Shown: positions 46,375-56,877, numbered from the stretch's first letter. The stretch is 64,000 bases of DNA from Deltaproteobacteria bacterium (GCA_040218735.1 JAVJQW010000012.1:449940-513939), one strand, 5' to 3'. Numbers and translations: made by a program. The notes: generated from the letters alone by a model not told the origin.

Positions 46375-48171
46375 ATGACCACCCTCGCGACTCGGCTCGG
46401 CCGAACGATCATCTTCAGCGCGTTCGTGGCGGGTGCCGTCGCGTGCTCCGAACAGACCCCCGAGGTCGAGACCGCCGCGTACCGAATCCAGGTCGCGCCG
46501 AAGAACGCCGTGCTCCTCCCGAACGCGGAGCTGCAGCTCAAGGCGCAGGTCTTCGACCCCGCGAACAACCTCGTCTTCAACCACAAGAGCCGGCCCGTCG
46601 TCGTGCGGTGGAAGTCGAGCAACCCGGACATCGCGTCGATCGACGAGCGCGGCATCGTCACCGTGCACCAGGAGAAGCCGGTCGACATCACCGCGGAGCT
46701 GGAAGAGAGCGCGTTCCTCACCGAGGCCGACGCGCCGACCGAGACCGGGCAGGCGCAGGTCAACGCTGTCGCGGCGCCCTCCGAAGTGAACGACCTCCAG
46801 GCGATCTTCGTCGCGCCGGAGCGCATCGCGATCGACCTCGGCGAGACACGCACACTCTCCGTCACCGCGGTCGACGGCCAGGGCGCGCCGACCACGCTCG
46901 ACTGCGGCGGCGACCCGACGCTCGGCACCGCCGAGCCGATCGACGCCGCCTACGACGGGAGCCTCGGCGCCGAGGCGATCGAAGCGACCGGCGTGCGCAA
47001 GGGCTTCAGCCTCCTCACGCTGGACTGCGCCGGCTACCAGGCGAGCCCCGTCGTCGTCGAAGTGAAGCCGTCCGTCACCATCCCGGACCCCTCCCCCTCG
47101 ACGCAGGACTCCGACTTCGGCCTCGAGCCGTCCGTCGCGCTCGTCGACGAGGTCATCCACCTCGCGACTTACGACGCGCAGCACCATAAACTCGTCTACA
47201 CGCGCTTCGACGGCATCTGGACGAGCCAGTTCATCGACGGCGAAGGCGACTACGGCCGCCACGCGAAGATCCTCCTCGACCCGATCACGAGCCGGCCGCT
47301 CATCTGCGCGCTCGAAGGCCTCGGCATCTCGTGCTGGTCGCAGGACGACGAGGGCTTCTGGACCCGCGAGTCGATCGACACCAACGTCGTCGACCCCGGG
47401 CAGGCGTACGACTACCCGCTCAGCGGCGCGATGGACGACGCCGGCCGCGCGTTCATCGTCTACCACCGCGCGACCAACGACACCCTCGTGCTCGCGCAGC
47501 GTGATCCGTCGCTCGGGTTGTGGGTCACCGAGGTCATCGCGTCCGGCGCGGACTTCGGTTCGGTGGCGGTCGCGTCCGACGGCGAGCCCCGCGTCGCGTT
47601 CCGCCAGAACGGCGCGGCGCGCTTCGGTCACCGCGCGTGCATCGGCGCGGGCTGGTCGTTCGAGGACATCGACCTCGAGAACCTGCTGCCGGGCGCAAAC
47701 GGCGCGTCGCCGGGGACGTTCGTGAAGCTCGCGGTCGGCGCCGACGACCGACCGCAGATCGTCTACTTCAAGGGCGGCAACCTCATCCACGGCATCAAGA
47801 CGAACGGCCAGTGGCGCACGAACGTCATCGAGGCGGTGGAGCTCACCGGCCCGTACTTCGGCTTCGCGCTCGACCGGCGGATGCGCCCGCGCGTGAGTTA
47901 CTTCGACGCGACGGAAGGCCGCATGCGCTACGCGCACCGGCGCGACGGGCGCTGGTACATCGACAACCCGACCGCGAGCGCGGGCGTCGGGACGCACACG
48001 TCCATCGCCGTCGACGACTACGACCGCGCGCAGATCCCGTACTACGACTACCCGCGCCGCGAGGCCGGCTACTACGTCGAGCCGCACTACCTCGACTACG
48101 AGAGCGCACCGACCATCACGCAGGACCCGCGCCGCGCGAACACCAACGAATGCCTGGGCCTGCACGACTGA
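46375..48171 (+). CDS. Lipoprotein with Big_2 Ig-like domains and a beta-propeller
   Basis: Lipobox AVAC, WKSSNPDIASIDERGIVT, and repeated blades (SVAL/SIAV-D..P.I.Y...W..E.ID). Confidence 0.8.
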   Translation: MTTLATRLGRTIIFSAFVAGAVACSEQTPEVETAAYRIQVAPKNAVLLPNAELQLKAQVFDPANNLVFNHKSRPVVVRWKSSNPDIASIDERGIVTVHQEKPVDITAELEESAFLTEADAPTETGQAQVNAVAAPSEVNDLQAIFVAPERIAIDLGETRTLSVTAVDGQGAPTTLDCGGDPTLGTAEPIDAAYDGSLGAEAIEATGVRKGFSLLTLDCAGYQASPVVVEVKPSVTIPDPSPSTQDSDFGLEPSVALVDEVIHLATYDAQHHKLVYTRFDGIWTSQFIDGEGDYGRHAKILLDPITSRPLICALEGLGISCWSQDDEGFWTRESIDTNVVDPGQAYDYPLSGAMDDAGRAFIVYHRATNDTLVLAQRDPSLGLWVTEVIASGADFGSVAVASDGEPRVAFRQNGAARFGHRACIGAGWSFEDIDLENLLPGANGASPGTFVKLAVGADDRPQIVYFKGGNLIHGIKTNGQWRTNVIEAVELTGPYFGFALDRRMRPRVSYFDATEGRMRYAHRRDGRWYIDNPTASAGVGTHTSIAVDDYDRAQIPYYDYPRREAGYYVEPHYLDYESAPTITQDPRRANTNECLGLHD

Positions 48172-48635
48172 TGCGACGCCGAGGTCTGCTGTTCGCGGCC
48201 GCGGCCGCGCTCTCGTTGTTGTTCGCCGCCCTCGTGGGCGGGGACGAAGCGTCGGAGTCGACGGCGACGTCGCCCTCCACGACGACGGCCGCCACGTCCG
48301 AAGGCACCTCGACGCAGCGCGCTTCGACCGAGGTGAAGCGCGAGTCCGACGCGACGCCGGGCTTCCAAGCTCCGGTCGGCGCGGCGGACGACCGCCCTCG
48401 CCACGCGCAGGCACCCGTGCCTGGGACCCTCGCGCAGCCCTCTCGCCACGAGGCGGACGCAGACCAGCGGGGCGAAGTCGACGCGTACGTCCGCGAGAAG
48501 GGCCGCACCGACACCGACGGTCTGAAGGAAGAGCACCTCCCCGGCGGCGGCGTGCAAGTCGTCTTGCACGACCGCTTCCGCAACGTCCCCGTCGCCACGA
48601 TCACCGAGGACGGTGAAGTCAGGATCGAGCACTGA
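48171..48635 (+). CDS. Small exported/anchored protein, possible protease partner (post-PEP-CTERM-1-like C-terminus)
   Basis: ATG at 48171 and TGA overlapping the next ATG. N-terminal hydrophobic helix, low-complexity middle and C-terminal GGGVQVVLHDRFRNVPVATITEDGEVRIEH. Confidence 0.65.
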   Translation: MRRRGLLFAAAAALSLLFAALVGGDEASESTATSPSTTTAATSEGTSTQRASTEVKRESDATPGFQAPVGAADDRPRHAQAPVPGTLAQPSRHEADADQRGEVDAYVREKGRTDTDGLKEEHLPGGGVQVVLHDRFRNVPVATITEDGEVRIEH

Positions 48636-51600
48636 TGCGCGCCCGAATCTGGCTACCGCTCCTCGTCGCGATCGTGGCGCCCCGCCCCGCCGAAGCCGTC
48701 GACATCATCGTCAACGGCAGCGCGTCCACGTTCGTCATCCACTTCAACGGCGGCTACACGCAGGAGCGCGCCGACGCGGTCGCCGCGGGCGCGCAGTTCT
48801 GGGCCGACCGCCTCGGGAGCAGCGTCGACATCGAGGTCGACATGGCGTTCGCGCCGCTGTCCTGCTCTCCGAGCTCCGGCGTCCTCGGCAGCGCGGGCGC
48901 GACCACGGTCGTGCGCGACTTCGCGGGCGCACCCCAGGCCAACACCTGGTACCCGCCGGCGCTCGCCAACAGCCTCGCGGGGAGTGACCTCGACTCGGGC
49001 CGCTCCGACATCTCCGCGACGTTCAACTCCAGCATCGACGACCCGGCGCAGGAGAGCTCCTGCCTCACCGGCCTCGACTGGTACTACGGCCAAGGCTCCG
49101 CGCCCTCGGGGACGATCGGCTTCTACGGCGTCGTCCTGCACGAGCTCGCCCACGGGCTCGGCTTCCAGACCTTCGCAGACCTCGGCGGCTCGGGCGCGCT
49201 GTTCTACGGGCGCGACGATCACTTCATCCGTCACCTCGAGGACAACTCGTCGGGGCGCAGCCTCGCGAGCGGCTCGATGAACGACTCCGAGCGCTACGCC
49301 GCCGCGCGCGACGACGGCGACCTGATCTGGAGCGGCCCGATGGTCACCGCCGCCGCGACCTACCTCACCGCCGGACGCTCCGGCTCCGAGGTGCAGATGT
49401 ACGCGCCGTCGAGTTACCGCGGCGGGTCCTCGATCTCCCACTTCGACACGCGGGTGTCGCCGAACGCGGTGATGGAGCCGTTCGAAACCGGGAGCACCAA
49501 CACCACGCTCTCCGAGGCCCTCTTCTACGAGGTCGGCTGGGGCGCGCCCGCGGGGATCGAGATCACCGCACAACAGCCGCTGTCCGTCGCGGAGGACAAC
49601 ACGATCACGCTCGCCGTCTCCGACTTCACCGTGAACGACCCCAGCGGCTCGCCGCCCGGGCAGCGCACGCTCTTGGTCGCCGGCGGATCGAGCTATACCG
49701 TCAACGGAACGACGATCACCCCCGCGGTGAACTACAGCGGGCCCCTCTCCGTCGGCGTGACGGTGTCGAACGGCACCGACACCAGCCCGACGTTCGTCGC
49801 GACGGTCGACGTCACCCCCGTCAACGACGCGCCGCAGATCGTCGGTCAGGCGCCGGTGGTGATGAACGAGGACGCGTCGCGGACGATCGTCGTCGCGGAC
49901 CTCAGCATCAACGACCCCGACGACACGACGTTCACGCTCGCCGTTCAGCCCGGCGCGAACTACACGCGAACCGGCGCGACGATCACCCCCGACGCGAACT
50001 TCGCCGGGGTCCTCTCCGTCCCGGTCTCGGTGAGCGACGGCGAAGCGAGCAGCCCCGTCTTCGACCTCGTTGTCGAGGTGCGGCCCGCGAACGATCCGCC
50101 GGTCGTAACGGCCCACGCGGCCCAGTCGATCCCCGAGGACACCACGCTTCGGTTGAGCCTCTCGGACTTCACGTTCTCGGACGCCGACGATCCGCCGGTC
50201 GGCGCGTTCTCCCTCCGCATCGCGCCCAGCGTGAGCTACACGGTCGACGACGGCGAAGTCGTACGGCCCGACGCGGACTTCTTCGGCACGCTCTCGGTCA
50301 CGATCGCGATCAGCGACGGCACCGACGAGAGCGCGCCGTACACCTTCCCGGTCGAGGTCACGCCGGTGAACGACCAGCCGCGTATCATCGGCCAGACGGG
50401 GCTGGCGGTCCCGGAGGACGGATCGATCGTCCTCGAGGTCGCCGACGTGGAGATCTTCGATCCGGACGGCGACGGCGGGAGCTTCTCGCTGTCGGTCGCG
50501 CCCGGCGTGCACTACGCAGTGAACGGTCGGGTCGTCACGCCGGATGAGGACTTCGACGGGACCCTCTCGGTGCCGGTCACGGTGACGGACGGGATCGAGA
50601 CCAGCCCGGCGTACGCGCTCTCGATCAACGTCAGCGCCGAACCGGACGCCCCGGAGATCGTCGGCCAGCGCGCCATCACGATGCAGTCGAACGCGACCTA
50701 CCGGCTCGGCACGACCGACCTCACGATCGAGGACGTGGACAGCAGCAACCCGCCCTACGGCGTGGAGATCGACGCGGGCGCGGACTACAACGTGTCCGGC
50801 GCGGACGTGACGCCGGCGCCGAACTTCGTCGGCGACCTCGACGTCCCGGTGCGCCTGACGGACACCGGCCTCACGAGCAACACGTTCGTCGTGCGCATCG
50901 CGGTCGTCGCGCGACCGCTCGACGCGCTGACGATGAACGCGGCCGGCCTCCTCACGGCGGCGGACGCGATCGCCGTGCCTTCGCAGCTCGGCGCGCTCAC
51001 CGGCACGGTCACCGTGACGTTGCACGACGCTCCCGCGTTCTTCCGCCCGGGTCGGCACGACCTGACGTGGCGCGGCGAGAACGAAGACGGGGAAGAGGTC
51101 TTCGTCGCGCAGCGACTCGACCTGATGCCGGTGGTGTCGCTGTCGATGAGCCAGGTCGTAGCCGAGGGTGACCGGACGTCGTTCTCGATCCTGTTGAACG
51201 GCCCGTCGCCGGTCGACGAGCTGACGATCCCGTACGTCGTGGGCGGCGACGCCGACGGCGCGGACCACGACCTCGCGAGCGGCTCGGTGGTGTTCGGACC
51301 GGGTGAGGTGGAGAAGGTCGTGCCGTTCCAGGTCTACGAGGACACGATCGACGAGGGCACGGAGACGGTCGTCGTCACGATCGAGGGCGCCCGCCACGAG
51401 GCGCGCATCGTGGAGGCCAACCTCGCGCCGCGCGTTGACATCGAAACGCTGCAAGCTGGGTTGCGGACGCGAATCTTCCACCGCACCTCGGGCGCGGTCG
51501 CACTCGCCTCCTCCGTCGACGACTCGAACCCGAAGGACCGCACCACGGTCAGCTACACGTACCCGTCGGGCGACCGGATCGATCCGGCCACGATGCTCCC

Positions 51601-52558
51601 GGGTGTCTACGGGCTCGGCGTCACCGTGCTCGACAACGGCACGCCGGCAAAGAGCACGCAGATCGACTGGTGGTTCCGGATCATCGACGCGCTCCCCGTG
51701 CTCTCGCCGAACGAGGACTCCGACGGCGACGGCATCGACGACGCGACCGAGGGATTCGAGGACGTCGACCTCGACGGCGTCCCCGCCTACCTCGACGCGT
51801 GGTCACTCGGGCACGCGCTCGCGATCGGGCCCGAGCCGCACCACGTGGTCGACGCGTCGCCCGGCACACACCTGAGCCTCGGCAAGGCCGCGCTCGACCG
51901 CGGCCGCGGGCGACTCACCGCGCGGGAGCTCCCCGCCGACGACGCGGCGATCGCGGACGCGAGCTACGTCGACGTCATCGCGGAGCTGAACAACGCGGGC
52001 CAGTCGGTGCGCCTCGTCGTCCCTCTCGTCGCGCCGCTCGCGGCCGAACAGGTCGTGCGTGTGCTCGGCGCGAACAACCACTGGACCACGTTGCCGATGC
52101 TCGCGCTCACCTCGGCGCCGCTCGTGAACGGCGCGTGCCCCGAGTGGTCGAACACCGCGTACCGCGCCGGCCTCAACCCCGGTGACCACTGCGTCTGCGT
52201 CGCCGTGCGCGACGGCGCGCAGGGCGACCGCGACGGGCGGAGCAACCAACGCATCGAGCTCATCGCGGGCCTCGGCCGGGCCTCGGTCGCCGCGCCCGCG
52301 GAGGGCGGAGAGACCGTGGTCGGCGACAACGATCCCGAGGCGTCCCCCGATGACGAGCCCGAGGGCCCCATCGCGGGGCTGCTCCCCGGCGCCGAAGGCG
52401 ACGACGGCGACACCGTCGGCGGCGGCGCGGGCTGCGTCTGCGTGCGGAGCGAAATGCCGAACGTGTGGTGGCTGCAGATCCTGTTCGGGCTGCTGCTCTT
52501 GATGCGCTGGGCGGTGCGAAGGCAGCTCGCCCTTCAGCGCGCGCGCGGGTGCAAGTAG
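48635..52558 (+). CDS. Large surface zinc metalloprotease with cadherin-like repeats, Calx-beta-like domain and C-terminal sorting tail
   Basis: VVLHELAHGLGF, GSSISHFD, 5 repeats of ~90 aa bounded by VNDAP-like motifs, DSDGDGIDD and GGGAGCVC + TM + RR tail. Confidence 0.88.
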   Translation: MRARIWLPLLVAIVAPRPAEAVDIIVNGSASTFVIHFNGGYTQERADAVAAGAQFWADRLGSSVDIEVDMAFAPLSCSPSSGVLGSAGATTVVRDFAGAPQANTWYPPALANSLAGSDLDSGRSDISATFNSSIDDPAQESSCLTGLDWYYGQGSAPSGTIGFYGVVLHELAHGLGFQTFADLGGSGALFYGRDDHFIRHLEDNSSGRSLASGSMNDSERYAAARDDGDLIWSGPMVTAAATYLTAGRSGSEVQMYAPSSYRGGSSISHFDTRVSPNAVMEPFETGSTNTTLSEALFYEVGWGAPAGIEITAQQPLSVAEDNTITLAVSDFTVNDPSGSPPGQRTLLVAGGSSYTVNGTTITPAVNYSGPLSVGVTVSNGTDTSPTFVATVDVTPVNDAPQIVGQAPVVMNEDASRTIVVADLSINDPDDTTFTLAVQPGANYTRTGATITPDANFAGVLSVPVSVSDGEASSPVFDLVVEVRPANDPPVVTAHAAQSIPEDTTLRLSLSDFTFSDADDPPVGAFSLRIAPSVSYTVDDGEVVRPDADFFGTLSVTIAISDGTDESAPYTFPVEVTPVNDQPRIIGQTGLAVPEDGSIVLEVADVEIFDPDGDGGSFSLSVAPGVHYAVNGRVVTPDEDFDGTLSVPVTVTDGIETSPAYALSINVSAEPDAPEIVGQRAITMQSNATYRLGTTDLTIEDVDSSNPPYGVEIDAGADYNVSGADVTPAPNFVGDLDVPVRLTDTGLTSNTFVVRIAVVARPLDALTMNAAGLLTAADAIAVPSQLGALTGTVTVTLHDAPAFFRPGRHDLTWRGENEDGEEVFVAQRLDLMPVVSLSMSQVVAEGDRTSFSILLNGPSPVDELTIPYVVGGDADGADHDLASGSVVFGPGEVEKVVPFQVYEDTIDEGTETVVVTIEGARHEARIVEANLAPRVDIETLQAGLRTRIFHRTSGAVALASSVDDSNPKDRTTVSYTYPSGDRIDPATMLPGVYGLGVTVLDNGTPAKSTQIDWWFRIIDALPVLSPNEDSDGDGIDDATEGFEDVDLDGVPAYLDAWSLGHALAIGPEPHHVVDASPGTHLSLGKAALDRGRGRLTARELPADDAAIADASYVDVIAELNNAGQSVRLVVPLVAPLAAEQVVRVLGANNHWTTLPMLALTSAPLVNGACPEWSNTAYRAGLNPGDHCVCVAVRDGAQGDRDGRSNQRIELIAGLGRASVAAPAEGGETVVGDNDPEASPDDEPEGPIAGLLPGAEGDDGDTVGGGAGCVCVRSEMPNVWWLQILFGLLLLMRWAVRRQLALQRARGCK

Positions 52559-53385
52559 CCGTACATCCGCTTCAGTCCCTCGACGATCCTCGGCCCCGGG
52601 CGCATCAAGCCGCCCATCGTCACGCGGTGGACGCGTCCGTTCTTCACGGCGGGCACCGCGGTCCAGTTCGTCCACGGCGGATCCTCGGTCGCAACCTCGG
52701 TGGCGTCGATGATCACGTCCGGCGCGGACTCCAGTACATGCTCGACCGAGTAGGTCGGGTACTCGGAGCCGGACTTCGCGATGTTGTCCCCGCCGGCCAC
52801 CTCGATGATGTGATCCACGAAGCTCCCGGGACCGCCGACGACCATCGGGTTGTACGCGTAGATCACCAGCGTCTTCGTGCGCGGCTTGCCCTTCGACTTT
52901 GCGCTCAGCGACTTCACCGTGGCCGTCAGCTCGGCGTTCAGCGCCCTCGCCTTCTTCTCGGCGGCCCCGCCGAACACCGCGCCCACCGCGCGGTTCGCGT
53001 GGAAGATGTCGGCGAACGTGTTGCCCGGGACGACGTACACCGGAACGCCGAGCTTCGCGACGCGCTCGAGGTGCGCGCGGTTGCCCGCGTTGGCGTTCGC
53101 CACCACGAGGTCCGGACGCAGCGCGACGATCGCCTCGACGTTCGGGTCGAGGAACCCGCCGACCTTCGGCAGCGCCTTCACTTCGGCGGGGAAGTCGTCG
53201 TACCGCGACACTCCGACCACCCGATCCCCGACCCCGATCGCGAAAAGCAGCTCCGTCAACGCGGGCGCCACCGTGACGATACGCTCCAGCTTCTTCGGAC
53301 GCGCCGCGGACAACCACTGCGGCGGCACACTCGGCGCCTCGTCGGCGCCGACGGCGCCGACGGCCAACAGAACGAACGCGATCAT
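52534..53385 (-). CDS. btuF: Cobalamin/iron-complex ABC substrate-binding protein (BtuF-like)
   Basis: RIVTVAPALTELLFAIG, VVGVSRYDDFP, PNVEAIVALRPDLV, VPAVKNGRV and RPGPRIVEG. Confidence 0.8.
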   Translation of the reverse strand: MIAFVLLAVGAVGADEAPSVPPQWLSAARPKKLERIVTVAPALTELLFAIGVGDRVVGVSRYDDFPAEVKALPKVGGFLDPNVEAIVALRPDLVVANANAGNRAHLERVAKLGVPVYVVPGNTFADIFHANRAVGAVFGGAAEKKARALNAELTATVKSLSAKSKGKPRTKTLVIYAYNPMVVGGPGSFVDHIIEVAGGDNIAKSGSEYPTYSVEHVLESAPDVIIDATEVATEDPPWTNWTAVPAVKNGRVHRVTMGGLMRPGPRIVEGLKRMYGYLHPRAR

Positions 53386-54863
53386 GGGCCCAGCAACTTC
53401 CGCAGCTCGACCGGCGTCACCCGCGCCGCGAGCCCGCTCAGCGCGTACAGGTCCGGTCCGACGAAGTCGACGCCCCGCCGCCCCTCACGCGGCGCGACGA
53501 CCTGAAGACCATCGAACACCGGAGCGCCCGCGCCGACGATCAGCGGCGCGAAGAACGGCGCCGGATCCGCCACGCGTTTCGTGGCGTCGATGAAGTGCAG
53601 CGCGTCGCGGTTGAAGGTCGGCGCGGCCAGCAGCCCGCCGCCGAGATCCACCAGGCGAAAGATGCTGTTCACCTCCTGCGGGTCCCCGAGCTCGAACGTC
53701 TGCGCGGTCCCGTCGCCCACGTCGATCGCCTGCACCGAAGCACGCGCGAGGGAAGCGACCCACAGCGTGTCGCCGAGGAACAGCGCCGACGTCGGCCCGA
53801 ACGACCCGAGCGGGTACCGCTCCACGAACGTCGCGCTCACCGGATCGAACACGTCCACCGCCCCCTCCGAGGTCAGACGGACGGTGCCGTTCGTTTGTTC
53901 GATCGTCCCGCTCGACACCGCGACGATCATCCCGTCGTCGCGCACGCGGAGCTCCTGCGTGTTCATCGTCGGCATCAGGTGCGACGCCACCGGCTTCGTG
54001 AGATCGTCGACGTCCCACACTACCAACACCGCGGGCACGTAGACCGCGGTGCGCGTCGGCGAGCTCCCGGTGACGAACCCGGAGAAGCCGACGTAGACCC
54101 GCCCGTCGTGCACCACCACCGGCTGCGGCGCGCGCGGGATCATCGTCGCGATCGTCGTCTCCTCGACCCCGTCGCCACTCAGGTCATACGGCCGCGCCAA
54201 CGTGAACGGCTCCGGCAGGGACACCGACTCGGGCATCGCCTCCGCCAGCACGTCCGGCACGCCGAGGTCCACGACGTAGAGCCGGTGCTGCTTCTGCGCC
54301 GTCACCGCGAAGCGCACGCCCGAATCGTCCCACGGCGCGATGAACCACGGCGCCGCGACTTCGTCACCGACGCGGGGCAACCGCACCCCGGGGAGATCGT
54401 CGCGCAAGCCGTCTTGCAGGTCGAAGGTGCTCACCGCCTGGTCACCCGAGCGGACCACGATCCCCCGCGCGCCGTTGGGGCCGTCCGCGACGAGCAGATC
54501 GTTGGGCTGGTCTCCCGTCCCCCCGACCGCCGGGTGCACCGCGGCGACGCGCGCCTCGGACGGCGTGCGCACGTCGAACGTGACCGTCGCGTCGCCGATC
54601 CCGACCGCGACCGTCGGACCCGTGACGTCGAGCGCGACGCGCCCGTCGGCGTCGCCCACCACGTCGGTCCCGTCGATCGTGATCGTCCGCCCCGGCTCGA
54701 CGGCGCCGTCGAAGCTCCCGAACCGGGAGCCGCCCGCGGGATCGTTCGTCGCGAACATGCGCTCCAACCGAACGCCCGCCAGATCCGGGATCCGATCTTC
54801 GACGCCGGGCGCGGATTCGCCGGAGCAGCCGACGAGCAACAACACGACCCACGCGCGACGCAT
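53382..54863 (-). CDS. Beta-propeller lipoprotein (YncE/BtuG-like)
   Basis: ATG at 54863, MRRAWVVLLLVGC, and propeller-like blades (PNDL, PWFI, PQPV, NTQEL). Lies between the TBDR and btuF. Confidence 0.7.
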   Translation of the reverse strand: MRRAWVVLLLVGCSGESAPGVEDRIPDLAGVRLERMFATNDPAGGSRFGSFDGAVEPGRTITIDGTDVVGDADGRVALDVTGPTVAVGIGDATVTFDVRTPSEARVAAVHPAVGGTGDQPNDLLVADGPNGARGIVVRSGDQAVSTFDLQDGLRDDLPGVRLPRVGDEVAAPWFIAPWDDSGVRFAVTAQKQHRLYVVDLGVPDVLAEAMPESVSLPEPFTLARPYDLSGDGVEETTIATMIPRAPQPVVVHDGRVYVGFSGFVTGSSPTRTAVYVPAVLVVWDVDDLTKPVASHLMPTMNTQELRVRDDGMIVAVSSGTIEQTNGTVRLTSEGAVDVFDPVSATFVERYPLGSFGPTSALFLGDTLWVASLARASVQAIDVGDGTAQTFELGDPQEVNSIFRLVDLGGGLLAAPTFNRDALHFIDATKRVADPAPFFAPLIVGAGAPVFDGLQVVAPREGRRGVDFVGPDLYALSGLAARVTPVELRKLLGP

Positions 54864-54874
54864 CCGGCGGGAAG

Positions 54875-56767
54875 CTAACGCGAAGTCGCGGAACCCGTCG
54901 ACGGAGATTCGAGGACCCATCGCGCCGTGAGGAATGCGGTGCGGCCGGGGAGCGGGTAGCGGTTCAGCGTCTGCAAGGTACGCGTGTCCAGGAGGTTCTC
55001 CACGGTCACCGCGATCGACACGTCGTCGAACGGCAACACCGTCAGCCCCGCGTCCCAACGGAAGTACGCACGCACCACGTTGTCGTCGGCCGGGCGCAGC
55101 CGCGTGAACGTCCGCGAGAACCCGCGCACCGCGGAGAACAGCGTCGTGCGCCACCGCGACACCGACGCCTGCCCCGCGTAGGAGAGCACCGGCTGCGTCG
55201 GCAACCGCGCCCCCGTCGCCGCGAGCCGCGACCACAACAGCGAGGACGACGCGACCCCCGCGACCTCGAACCCACCGAACGTTCGCGTCGCCGCGATCTC
55301 CAGCTCACCGCCCAGCGCGTCAGCGTCCCCGACGTTCTCGGGCCGCACCACGAACGCGTTCCGATTCAGGTAGAGGATCGTGTCGCGGATCCGCCGCGCG
55401 AACACCGCCGCGACGATCCGCACGGGCCGCAGCAAGTGCGCCGACAGCTCCGCCTCCCACGCCGTCTCGGGCAACAGATCCGGGTTCCCGACGAAGCCGA
55501 CCTCCGGCGGGTGATACAGCTCGTCGAGCGCGGGCGTCCGCAGCGCGCGCCCCACGCCGACCCGCAGCTCGAGCGCGGTCGTCGCCGTCCACGCGGCGCC
55601 GACCCGTGGCAGCAGGTGGAAACCGCGCGGCCCCACGTGCACCGCGCGCACCCCGCCGTGCACGACGACGTCGCCCCACTCGATCTCGTCCGTCACCGCG
55701 AGCGCGGCGCGGCCGCGCGACACTTCACCGAACTCCGTCGACGACGCACGTTCCTGCGTTCCCGTCACCTCGACACGCGCGAGCTGGCCGCCGCCCCACA
55801 GGAAGTCCATCGCCCCCTCCGCGGTCAGCGCGGTCATCGTGGTGTCACTCGTGATCTCGTTCGGCGGATCGCGGTAGTCGAGATCGAGCACGAAGCCGGA
55901 CACTCGAACCTCCGCGCTGCCGGTCGCCATCGGCATCCGGTACACCGCCGACACGCGACCCGTTCGCCGAGAGTCCCGCGCTTCGCCCGAGAGACCGGGT
56001 GCGTTCACGAGCCCCGGGGTCCCCGCGTCGATCAACGCGCCGCCCGCCCGGAGCGACAGGCGCCCGCCCGCCACGTCGCGATCCGCCGCGACCGAGAGCG
56101 TCGCGCGCGAGCGTTCGTTGTTGTCGCGCTCGAAGGTCGCGTCGGGCAAGCCCACTTGCCGGTCCACGAACGTGAAGCGGCCGTTGCTCCGCTCGTAGCT
56201 GGCCGCGATCGCGACCGGCAGCACGTTGGTCGTCCCGGACAACCGCAGCGTCCCGAGGGACCCGAACGTCGCGGTCGCCGCCGTGCGCCGCGCGCCGCCG
56301 AACGTGTCGACGACGAGCGCGCCGGTGAGCGCACCGTCGCCGTACGTCATGCCGACGCCCCCGCGCACGACCTCCAGGTGATCGATCGCCTCCGGGTGGA
56401 CGAGCGTCGGATCGAACCCCGTCGCAAACGGGTTCCGCAGCACGACGCCGTCGACCACGATCGTCGACTGGGCCGGCGACCCACCGCGCACCGTCAACAA
56501 CCGCGGCGCCACCGGGCCGCCGAGATCCAACACCCGCACGCCGGGCACCTGGTCCACGAGATCCGCGACGTCCTCGCCCCGGCGCCGCGCGTCCTCGAGG
56601 CGCTGCTTCGCCACCACCGTCGTCGTGGCCGACGGATCGTCGGTGCGCGGCAACAAGCGGGTGTCGCGCACCTCCACCGGATCGAGCACCTGATCCGGCG
56701 CCCACACCGTCGACGTCACCGTCGTCGACGTCGCCACCGCGAGCGCGACCGTGGCCCAGGCACTCAA
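54875..56767 (-). CDS. TonB-dependent receptor (BtuB-like)
   Basis: LDPVEVR box, VPGV, VRGG, VVDGV, IDHLEVVRGG, GNPDLLPE, VENLLD and YPLPGRT. Confidence 0.88.
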   Translation of the reverse strand: MSAWATVALAVATSTTVTSTVWAPDQVLDPVEVRDTRLLPRTDDPSATTTVVAKQRLEDARRRGEDVADLVDQVPGVRVLDLGGPVAPRLLTVRGGSPAQSTIVVDGVVLRNPFATGFDPTLVHPEAIDHLEVVRGGVGMTYGDGALTGALVVDTFGGARRTAATATFGSLGTLRLSGTTNVLPVAIAASYERSNGRFTFVDRQVGLPDATFERDNNERSRATLSVAADRDVAGGRLSLRAGGALIDAGTPGLVNAPGLSGEARDSRRTGRVSAVYRMPMATGSAEVRVSGFVLDLDYRDPPNEITSDTTMTALTAEGAMDFLWGGGQLARVEVTGTQERASSTEFGEVSRGRAALAVTDEIEWGDVVVHGGVRAVHVGPRGFHLLPRVGAAWTATTALELRVGVGRALRTPALDELYHPPEVGFVGNPDLLPETAWEAELSAHLLRPVRIVAAVFARRIRDTILYLNRNAFVVRPENVGDADALGGELEIAATRTFGGFEVAGVASSSLLWSRLAATGARLPTQPVLSYAGQASVSRWRTTLFSAVRGFSRTFTRLRPADDNVVRAYFRWDAGLTVLPFDDVSIAVTVENLLDTRTLQTLNRYPLPGRTAFLTARWVLESPSTGSATSR

Positions 56768-56861
56768 GACGCGTGTCCTTACGCGCGCCGCGCCGAGCCA
56801 CGCAAGCGCGCCCGTGGCAGTTCGCCACGGTCGCGCACGCGATCTCGCGCGGGTGCCCCCC

Positions 56862-56877
56862 TGGCACGCGTCATGAA
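56862..56877 (+). promoter_or_regulatory. Putative sigma-54 promoter of the USP gene
   Basis: TGGCACGCGTCATGAA: perfect -24 element, with GA instead of GC at -12. Confidence 0.45.
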
